Translations under genes and position numbers: made by a program
Part shown: one piece after another, positions 54,845 through 63,097 of the stretch
How positions within the stretch are numbered: the first letter of the stretch is position 1
How the letters are laid out: every line of letters starts with the position of its first letter
The notes under the pieces: generated by a model
What the model was told of the DNA's origin: nothing
Databases searched by the model: none
Seen by the model: the letters and a program-made list of their open reading frames with translations, nothing else
Origin: Bryobacteraceae bacterium
Lineage (GTDB): Bacteria > Acidobacteriota > Terriglobia > Bryobacterales > Bryobacteraceae
DNA length: 64,000 bases
Direction of reading: 5' to 3'
Assembly: GCA_036269275.1 (NCBI GenBank)
Contig: DATASJ010000106.1
Coordinates: 236,832-300,831, forward strand

Positions 54845-55875
54845 CGCCGGCGCTTCTTTTTCTTGCCTTGCCTGCCATAACCTGGTGCGATCCGGTGAAC
54901 TGGGAAGCAATGAAGAACGGAATCGTGCAAATCAGCGTCAACAATGCCCGGGGAACGGGCGTTCTGTCGCTGGCCGAGTCTGGCAGGATTCAGATCGTTA
55001 CCGCCGCCCACCTTTTGAACGGCGCCCGGACCGCTTACGTCACCTTCTATTGGGATCGCGCCACGCCGGTTGCAGCAACAGTTCTCCCTCGTTTTTTGAA
55101 GGAGCTCGACCTGGCGGTCTTGGAAGTCCGAACCGCCGCGTTACGTCAGGACATTCCATCCTTCGCGATCCGAAAAAACGATAGTCTCGCATTGACAGAG
55201 CGGCTCTACGCCGCCAACTTGGACTGGACTCTTGTGCCAATCAATGTCGTGCGGCTGGATTCGGGCGAGGACCCGTTTGCGCCTGACAATTCGTCGGATT
55301 TTCGCCAGCTCACTTATACACAAGGCGTCACTGGCAATGGTTTTTCGGGCGGTCCCATTTTCGACCAGAACGGCCAGTTGGCAGGCATTCATCGCGGCTC
55401 ATTCGGCAGCGCCGCGAATCGGTTGTCGCTTGGGGTGAAAATCGAATCCGCGAAGCTGTCCTTGCAGGCACTCGGTTTTGAGACACCGCTCTGGGGTATG
55501 TCATCCATTCTGGAAGGCGATTGGACACTTGAAACCTACGATTACCGCAATGATACCTATTTCTTGAGCGGAAGCATGTCGGCTGAGTTTCGCAAAACCT
55601 CCGTCACTATCCTTTTTCCTCAAGGAGCGTTCCGCGGTTCCTTCACGTTTGACGGCCGCGCCATTCACTTAAAACTGACGGAGATGGTCAATCCTTTTAC
55701 TAGGCAGCCGATGGAGGTTCCGGGCGGCCAGAATGCGGGCTTGATGATGCAAGTAACTCAATTGATGGGGCTCGATAAATTCATTCAGGCCCAGGACGGG
55801 TCTTTCTGGACTGACGCCAACTCTACGGGTTCGCGCTTTCACCTCGTTAGGCAGCAACAAGAGTCTCCCCAGTAA
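54817..55875 (+). CDS. Secreted trypsin-like serine peptidase (Trypsin_2-like) with an unassigned C-terminal domain of about 130 aa
   Basis: GTG 54817 is preceded by AAGGAG (54806-54811). It has a signal (RRVAPALLFLALPAITW). The catalytic triad context is TAAHLL (His), DLAVLEV (Asp) and GNGFSGGPIF (Ser). It overlaps the previous gene by 28 nt. Confidence 0.65.
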   Translation: MACSQVRRVAPALLFLALPAITWCDPVNWEAMKNGIVQISVNNARGTGVLSLAESGRIQIVTAAHLLNGARTAYVTFYWDRATPVAATVLPRFLKELDLAVLEVRTAALRQDIPSFAIRKNDSLALTERLYAANLDWTLVPINVVRLDSGEDPFAPDNSSDFRQLTYTQGVTGNGFSGGPIFDQNGQLAGIHRGSFGSAANRLSLGVKIESAKLSLQALGFETPLWGMSSILEGDWTLETYDYRNDTYFLSGSMSAEFRKTSVTILFPQGAFRGSFTFDGRAIHLKLTEMVNPFTRQPMEVPGGQNAGLMMQVTQLMGLDKFIQAQDGSFWTDANSTGSRFHLVRQQQESPQ

Positions 55876-55888
55876 TGACTCGCCGGTA

Positions 55889-56704
55889 TCACTTCCAGAA
55901 AACATGATCTCCGGGGAGAAGCGGTAGCTTCAGTTCGCCGGGATCGTCTGCATTCATCTCCACTGGGGTGAGCCGGCCGGCATAGAGGCGCTGCATTTCG
56001 ATTTTATGCGGGTCTTTAACAACATCCGCGAGGCGACTTCCCCAAAGCACGTTTTGAGATTGGCCGTTCACTACAATCTTCATTTCCACCGACACCGAGC
56101 AAGCCTCGGGGAAAACGGTGCAAGCGCCGGAACTCGGACCACACACCTCCGCGCGCCCGGTAAGCTCGCCCGAAAGGCGATGGAGTGCTTGCACCGTGTC
56201 CGATCCCAGAAGCACGGAGCGATGAGAGTCTTCTCCCTGGAAGAAAATCTCGAAATACAAACGATAGTAACGATGCTTCATCTGAGCATGTGAGATCAGT
56301 TGCTGCACAGGCAGATCGTTCCCCGGCCGATTCTTCATCGATTGGAAGGACAGGAGACTTAGCCCGTGTGCTGTGACCTCATACCTGGCAATTTCGGTTC
56401 CGAGAAACCCTTCCAGCCCTCGTCTGGAGGCGCCGTTCTTGTAATATGCATTCTCGATTCGAATTTCCATTAAGGGCCGAAGCTCCATCCAGCTTCGACC
56501 GGGCTGGTAGCCGTTGTAATAGCGGAGTAGGTCGGGGAACGGAATGGAGCGAGCGTCTGGCGCGCGCAGCACATAATTTGGAGCCTGAGGAATGATACGA
56601 AACGAATGACTGTTGCGGTAAATACAGGACCCTGAGGTTGCATAGAGGCAGATGGGAATTACTACTTCACTTAGCCGGAAAATGTATTTCCTGGAAGAAG
56701 TCAT
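55889..56704 (-). CDS. Hypothetical exported protein with a C-terminal beta-grasp/SLBB-like segment
   Basis: ATG 56704 forms an ATGA overlap with the ADOP permease stop. It has an N-terminal hydrophobic segment (VVIPICLYATSGSC). The C-terminal VEMKIVVNGQSQNVLWGSRLADVV...LLPGDHVFW loosely resembles soluble-ligand-binding beta-grasp domains. The ORF-track start is 56806. Confidence 0.45.
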   Translation of the reverse strand: MTSSRKYIFRLSEVVIPICLYATSGSCIYRNSHSFRIIPQAPNYVLRAPDARSIPFPDLLRYYNGYQPGRSWMELRPLMEIRIENAYYKNGASRRGLEGFLGTEIARYEVTAHGLSLLSFQSMKNRPGNDLPVQQLISHAQMKHRYYRLYFEIFFQGEDSHRSVLLGSDTVQALHRLSGELTGRAEVCGPSSGACTVFPEACSVSVEMKIVVNGQSQNVLWGSRLADVVKDPHKIEMQRLYAGRLTPVEMNADDPGELKLPLLPGDHVFWK

Positions 56705-59169
56705 GCAACCCGTAAGGCTCGCATGGGATCGACATTCGCTGCCCGGCGCGCGGGAAGAAAGCTGGCGGCCATGACCGCGGCGAGAAATAGAAGAACTGTG
56801 GAACAAAAAGCAAGCGGGTCAGTGGCCGCTACACCGGTAAGTAGATTCTTTATCACATGTCTCAGCGCCACTGCACCAAAGACTCCCAACAGAGCGCCAC
56901 ATAAGGCGAGAAGAAACGCCTGCCCAAGTACGATGCGAAAGACATCGCCTTTCTGCGCTCCCAGTGCTCGTCGAATGCCAATCTCCTGAGTTCGCTGTAT
57001 AACCGAATACGCAACGACCCCGTAGATGCCAACGACAGCAAGCAAGAACGCGATTGCGGAAAAGGATGTAACGAGCCACAGGAGTAACCGGCGCTGGCCA
57101 AGGGTTGATTCGAGCACGCTATTCATACTCTGCACATCCGATAATGCTTATTGTGGATCGATAGCCTCCACCTGTTTCCGAACGGCAGCGGCCAGAAGCA
57201 AGGGATCGGTACCCGCTCGCACGACCAGGTAGGGTGTTTGCGGCGAGTGGATCACCCACGGCACATAGAATTCCGGCAGCGGCTCGGACGCGAAACCACC
57301 TTCCCGCACGCCGGCGACAACTCCCACGATCTCCAGCCAACCTGTTTTATCCGCCCCCTCCCGCATGTGCTCACCGACAGGATTTTCTCCGCGCGGGTAC
57401 GCCGGCCAGAAACGACGCGCGAAGCTTTCGTTGATCACTACTACGGGCGGCGCTCCCGGCCGATTGTCAAATTCCGTAAAGTCGCGCCCACGTTCAATCG
57501 GGATTCGAAGAGTTCGAAAATAGCCGGGCGAGACGCTCTGAATCTGGATGGAGGGCCAGTTGCCTGGATTCGGGTCCCAGGGCTTTCCCTGGATCTGCAT
57601 GTTCGTTCGATACCAGGCAGTTGCAGGCAGAGATAACGCCATGGCCGAATTGCGGACTCCCGGAATTGCGTCTAGCCGTTTGAGGAGCTGGCCGGCAAAC
57701 GCGATTCGTTTTGTGCCGGTGTCGTACCGCACGGGCGCGAGCGCGATTTTGGCCGTCAGCAATCCAGATGGTTGAAACCCGGGATTGACCTCCCTCAGGC
57801 GCAGGAAGCTTTTCACCAAAAGCGTTGCTCCTATCAAAAGAACCATCGACATGGCCACCTGCGCTACGACGATGAGTTCGCGCGCGCCGAACCTCAAGAG
57901 CACCGGCCGGGGCGACGCGCGTTGCCGAGCAGTAACACCGCTCTCCCGTAAGCTGCCCATACTTTTGGTGCGTAGCAGTTGCAAAGACGGAAACAGACCG
58001 AAGGCGATACCGGTGGCAACCGACACTAGCAGGGTAAACGCGAAGGCCACGCTGTCGAGGCGAAGCTCGCTGACGCCAGGGAGGTTCAGCACAGCAACAT
58101 GTTTGAGGCCAGCCAGGGCCAGCCTGGCCAGCAGCAAACCCGCTGTCGCGCCAAGTAACGAAAGCAAGACACACTCGGTCAGAAGTTGCCGGATCAATCT
58201 AAGGCGCGCGGCGCCGAGCGACGTCCTGATCGCGAACTCACGTTCTCGAGATTTCATTCGAACCAGCATGAGATTGGCCACGTTTGCGCACGTGATGAGC
58301 AATACGAGGCAGACGACGCCAAAGAGAATCCAGAGCGTCGGACGGATATGTGCGGCGATGTGATCGCTCAACCGGGTGACACGCATGGCAGGGACATATA
58401 ACCCGCTATCGGCTTCGGCTGCCCGGCTGTTCAGCAAGTCGACCTCCGCACGCGCCTTCTGCGAACTCACACCAGGTTTCAAGCGCGCGAATCCTATCTG
58501 GCTCGTAGTAATGTCCCAGAGGCGCGCGGGCAGCGCTGACCACGCCGACGGCTTAGTCAGCCAGACATCGACACCGGGCAACGGGAACGAGAAGCCTTCG
58601 GGTAAGACCCCGACCACCGTGTATGGCATCGCGTTCAGGTCGATGATTTTGCCGAGAACGCGGGTGTCGCCCCGGAATCTGCCGCGCCACAGTGCATTAC
58701 TTACAATCGCTACATCGGGTCCGCCACGCGCCTCTTCTTCAGGAATGAAAGTGCGGCCGAGCGCCGGTTCTACGCCCAGAATGGTTAGGAAATTCGCGGA
58801 GACACGGGCACCCTTCAGCGCATCGGGTTCGCCGTCTCCGGAAAGAGTGAGCGGCTCTGTCGATGGCAGAAACGTTCCCAGCGAAGCAAATGATTGCTGT
58901 TCTGCCTTGAACTTGTCGAACTGATTCTTACTAAAGGTCGTGTCCGCGACGCGCCGCCGAGGATAGTCGGCCGTAATCTGTACCAGCCCGTCGGGGTCAC
59001 GATACTGAAGAGGCTTCAACAAAATCGACCGCACCACCGAAAACGCTGCCGTGTTCCCGCCAATCCCCAAGGCCAGGCTCATTACCACGGTCACGGTAAA
59101 CGCCGGGCTTCGGCGCATCTTTCGGAACGCGAAGACTGCATCTTGGATTAGGGTCTCCGGCAAAGCCAT
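56701..59169 (-). pseudogene. ADOP-family (acidobacterial duplicated orphan permease; MacB_PCD + FtsX, twice) ABC permease interrupted by one in-frame TAA
   Basis: ORFs 57148-59169 and 56701-57135 are in the same frame and separated only by TAA at 57148-57150. The read-through sequence would be ...VEAIDPQ*ALSDVQSMNSVLEST..., which continues straight into the second FtsX domain. Confidence 0.8.
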
Positions 59170-59319
59170 AGCGGTCGTCCCGGCGCGAAGAAATGGCGCG
59201 CGCCTGCAGTACCATTGTTATGTAAACACTCGCGCCGCGAGGTGCTCGCGCGGTTCAAAAAGCTGTAGAGCTTATCGCCACTTCGATCACTCATTCCATT
59301 GATCTCTTCTGTCCCACCG

Positions 59320-60255
59320 ATGAATAGATGCCTCGAGGAGCGGTCACTTGCCGAGCGCCTGGAGCCGCGCATCCAAGTAGAGAAGCGATTTGCGGAAACG
59401 GGCAGGACTTATCGCCGCGGCCGCTGGAACATCTGGTATAAACGGCGGGTCGAGCCGCGTATCCTGAAATTCGGACTGCAAGCGACCGGCGTTTACCAAC
59501 GCGGAGTGCGAAATGCGCTGTCCCCCATCATCCGTACTTTGCAACTGCGATTCCCGGATCTGCCTGCCGCGTTCGACGGCTTTCGAATCCTGCATCTCTC
59601 GGATTTTCACATCGACGGGAATGAAGCTCTCGCCCAGCGCCTCATCTCGCGCCTGAGGGGCCTGCGGCCCGATGTCTGCGTCCTGACGGGCGACTATCGC
59701 TTTGACGTCCGAGGCCCGTGCGCCGGAGTTTACCCGCCGATGGGCAGCATTGTTGCCAGCATCTCCTCCCGGCACGGCATCCTGGGCGTACTCGGCAATC
59801 ACGACGCCGCCGAGATTGCGTTTGAGCTGGAAGGCATGGGCGTGCGGATGCTGGTGAACGAAGCGGTGGAAATTCGTCAAGGCAATGAATCGCTGTGGGT
59901 GGCCGGCATCGACGATCCATTCGATTACCGCTGCGACGATCTGGGGGCGGCATTGGCGAACGTGCCTTCGAAGGCGTTCAAGATCTTGCTCGCTCACACT
60001 CCGGACCGCTACGAACAGGCGGCTGGGGCGGGCGTGCATCTTTATTTATGCGGTCACACGCACGCGGGGCAGATTCGTTTCCCGGTACTCGGCTCGATCA
60101 AGCACAACTCGAAAAGTCCGCGCGAGTATTCGTTCGGACACTGGACGCGTGGGCAGATGCAGGGCTACACCACGGCAGGCGTAGGCTGCTCGGCTTTACG
60201 GGTCCGGTATCATTGCCCGCCGGAACTGGTAATAATTGAGCTGAATCGCGGCTGA
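59320..60255 (+). CDS. Metallophosphoesterase (calcineurin-like, YkuE/YaeI type)
   Basis: The motifs ILHLSDFH, LTGDY, GNHD, LAHTP and CGHTHAG are present. ATG 59320 is chosen; the ORF track begins at TTG 59299. Confidence 0.85.
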   Translation: MNRCLEERSLAERLEPRIQVEKRFAETGRTYRRGRWNIWYKRRVEPRILKFGLQATGVYQRGVRNALSPIIRTLQLRFPDLPAAFDGFRILHLSDFHIDGNEALAQRLISRLRGLRPDVCVLTGDYRFDVRGPCAGVYPPMGSIVASISSRHGILGVLGNHDAAEIAFELEGMGVRMLVNEAVEIRQGNESLWVAGIDDPFDYRCDDLGAALANVPSKAFKILLAHTPDRYEQAAGAGVHLYLCGHTHAGQIRFPVLGSIKHNSKSPREYSFGHWTRGQMQGYTTAGVGCSALRVRYHCPPELVIIELNRG

Positions 60256-60563
60256 ATCGGCGCGAATTTAATTCGACAACCCCGCGAGTTGTTCAATGGC
60301 CGGCAGTTATACATAAATTGTAAAAATTCATTTGACTTTTTTAGTCGAAAAGCATTAAGTACTATACAGCCGTATTGATTTTGAGTGAAAAGCTGACGGA
60401 TTTCAGAACAGCCTCTCTCGTGTTCCCGTCGGGCGACTGACATCTTTGCATCCAAGAGGGGCCGCCGTTCTCAAGAGCCCTTAAACCCCACAAGTCGATA
60501 AGTGTGCCACAACAGCGGGCCGGCCCGCCCGGCGGAAGTGTCTCTGTTGTGCGAAGGAGAGCT

Positions 60564-62045
60564 ATGTCCACGAACGCGAACAGGCGGCAGGTGTTGCGAA
60601 TGCGGCCTATGACGAAGGTTTTGGCAGTGGTGCTGGCCGCATCTGTTGCCTGGTTATTGGAAGCGCAGACCAACATCCCGGCACCGCCGGCCCAGGATTA
60701 TGGAGTGCGTGGCGGGCAGCCCGACGCGGGCGACCCATTTTCGAACCTGTCAACGCCCGAAAATAACGGCTTCAATGACGGACAGAGCCGCTTCAACCCG
60801 CAGAATCTCGAGACGGTGGCGCAAGGGCTAGGCCCCACGTTCAACGGCAGGACCTGCGCAACTTGCCATTCGCAACCCGCAGTCGGCGGCAGTAGCCCAG
60901 CGCAGAACCCGCAAATTGCGCAGGCGCCGCAGGGGTCGACGATTCCGACGTTTCTGACGCAAGACGGACCAGTGGTGGAAGCGCGGTTCCAATACTGGCT
61001 GAATCCGAACACGAACCCTCCGACTGTGACCAATGTTCGGGACGGCAGCGTACACGATCTGTTCACGATCACCGGCTTGAGTGGTGAAGGAACCTGCACC
61101 AATTACTCGCAGCCGCCGTTTGCACTTGAGCAGAGCCTGGGCAATGTGAGCCTGCGCATTCCCACGCCGGTGTTCGGGCTAGGGCTGATCGAGACGATTA
61201 CCGAAGAGATGATCATCAAGAATATGAACGCCAACGGCGGGACCAAGCAACAGCTCGGGATCGCCGGCGTACCGAATCGCAGCGGGAATGACGGCACCAT
61301 CACGCGCTTCGGCTGGAAGGCGCAGAACAAGTCGGGCCAGATCTTCGCGGGCGAGGCATATAACGTCGAGATGGGCGTCACGAACGAGGAGTTCCCGAAC
61401 GAGCGTGGAAACTCGCCGTACCAGAATGAGGCCGGCGACCCGCCGACCACGTGCTTGCTGAACCCGACGCCGGAAGACGCGACGAACTTCGGGCAATCGG
61501 GGCTACAGCTCCTGAGCGATATTGTGGAGTTCTCGAGTTTTATGCGCTTCCTGGACCAGCCGAAGCAGGACCCATACAACATTCCGGGAAATCCCACGCA
61601 GGCGCAGATCAACGACGGCCAGACTCAATTCAACAGAATTGGCTGCAATATGTGCCACACCCCCTCGCTGATGACCGGTCAATCGTCCTATGACGACGGC
61701 GCCAATCAAACTCCGTTTTTGACCGATCAAACGGCCAACCTTTATTCGGATCTGCTGATCCATCATATGGGGGGATTAGCGGACAACATCCAGCAGGGGC
61801 TGGCGCTCGGCGATCAATTCCGGACCGCGCCTTTGTGGGGCGTCGGGCAACGGATCTTTTTCCTGCACGACGGGCGGGCCACGCCGTCGAACGGCGGCCT
61901 GCTGACGGCGATCCAGGATCACAATCTGCCGGTGCCTGGCAACTCGAACTATCCGCCATCGGAAGCGGCGGCGGTAATTGGCGCATTTAACGGCCTAACA
62001 AACGCGCAGCAGCAGGATATTTTGTTCTTTCTCCGCTCGCTGTAG
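60564..62045 (+). CDS. Di-heme cytochrome c peroxidase-like protein, DUF1111 family
   Basis: ATG 60564 is preceded by AAGGAG (60554-60559). It has a signal peptide, two heme motifs (CATCH and CNMCH) and the family hallmark RFGWKAQ. Confidence 0.82.
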   Translation: MSTNANRRQVLRMRPMTKVLAVVLAASVAWLLEAQTNIPAPPAQDYGVRGGQPDAGDPFSNLSTPENNGFNDGQSRFNPQNLETVAQGLGPTFNGRTCATCHSQPAVGGSSPAQNPQIAQAPQGSTIPTFLTQDGPVVEARFQYWLNPNTNPPTVTNVRDGSVHDLFTITGLSGEGTCTNYSQPPFALEQSLGNVSLRIPTPVFGLGLIETITEEMIIKNMNANGGTKQQLGIAGVPNRSGNDGTITRFGWKAQNKSGQIFAGEAYNVEMGVTNEEFPNERGNSPYQNEAGDPPTTCLLNPTPEDATNFGQSGLQLLSDIVEFSSFMRFLDQPKQDPYNIPGNPTQAQINDGQTQFNRIGCNMCHTPSLMTGQSSYDDGANQTPFLTDQTANLYSDLLIHHMGGLADNIQQGLALGDQFRTAPLWGVGQRIFFLHDGRATPSNGGLLTAIQDHNLPVPGNSNYPPSEAAAVIGAFNGLTNAQQQDILFFLRSL

Positions 62046-62229
62046 AGCATTTCAGTCCCGTTCTTCTAGCGCGCACCCGGACATACGCCCAGTTCCTGAG
62101 CAGACTGGGCCGTAACGCTTGGCCCCTGAGTTGCACTAGAAGCCTGTATCGGATTTATCCGATAGGTGGCTGCAACTTGCTTTCATGCAGCCTTCATCTA
62201 ACGGTGAGAAAGCTTAGGGGTGCGAGATC

Positions 62230-62991
62230 TTGAGCAAATTCCTGCGGTTCATAGTTGTGCCGACGGCGATCGTGGTGTTCGCATGCAAGATGTGGGGCAA
62301 TGTAGATACCGGAGACGAAGGATCCGGCCTTTCGACCGGCATCATCAATAAATATCTCGCGGCGGAGGACAGCCATCACGGCGCGCTGGACGGCGCTTCC
62401 ATGGAGGTGGATATCCAAGCTTCGGTCCCGAACCTGAAGCAGACGGGCCGTCTGCACGCGTTGCGGCAAATCTCGAAAGTGGGACGCATCCGGTATCGGG
62501 TACTGGGTTTCCAGGGCGATAACGCAGTCAAGAATCAGGTCATCGCCCGCTATCTGGAAGCCGAGCAGCAGGGGCAGGCCAAGCAAGATCTAGCGATCAA
62601 CCCAGCCAACTATAAGCTGAAATACAAAGGTGAGCGAGCCGTAGAGAGCGACCGGCAGGTTTACGTCTTCGAGCTGGCGCCGCGCAAAAAGAGGGTGGGT
62701 CTCTTCAAAGGTGAGATGTGGCTGGATGCGAGCAGCTACCTGCCTGTGTACGAGAAGGGACGGTTTGTCAAGAACCCCAGTATTTTCTTCAGAAAAGTGG
62801 AGTTTGAGCGAGCCTATGGCATTCAGAACGGCGTGGCGGTGCCCGAGCACATTAGCAGCACGATTCAGACGCGGCTGGTGGGCAAGGTAGAGGTGAACGT
62901 CAGGTATTCAAAGTTCGCCCTGGACACGGCGGGTCCGGAAAACGCCGGAGAAGCCGAATCTGTTGGGCCCGCTACGGGTTTGTTGCCGTAG
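62230..62991 (+). CDS. Hypothetical exported protein, possibly with a LolA-like / outer-membrane lipoprotein-sorting fold
   Basis: It starts at TTG and has an N-terminal hydrophobic segment (FIVVPTAIVVFAC). VYVFELAPRKKRVGLFKGEMWLDASSYLPV resembles LolA-like sorting proteins. The assignment is tentative. Confidence 0.45.
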   Translation: MSKFLRFIVVPTAIVVFACKMWGNVDTGDEGSGLSTGIINKYLAAEDSHHGALDGASMEVDIQASVPNLKQTGRLHALRQISKVGRIRYRVLGFQGDNAVKNQVIARYLEAEQQGQAKQDLAINPANYKLKYKGERAVESDRQVYVFELAPRKKRVGLFKGEMWLDASSYLPVYEKGRFVKNPSIFFRKVEFERAYGIQNGVAVPEHISSTIQTRLVGKVEVNVRYSKFALDTAGPENAGEAESVGPATGLLP

Positions 62992-63097
62992 GACCGCCGT
63001 AGGGAGCTGTTCGGCCTCTTCTATCACCTAATTACCCCTTAGGGTTGAGACCCGGAGCCCAAACCAAGTAACCTAAAGGTTAACGCCTAGAGACTAA

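Noticed and set aside
52900-56700. Calling the protease-operon region a horizontally acquired genomic island on compositional grounds.
   Set aside because: Only a few 60-nt lines that I counted by hand are clearly AT-richer, while others sit at the local norm. There is no flanking tRNA, integrase or direct repeat. This needs a real windowed GC and codon-usage computation, so I kept it only as a remark inside the finding.
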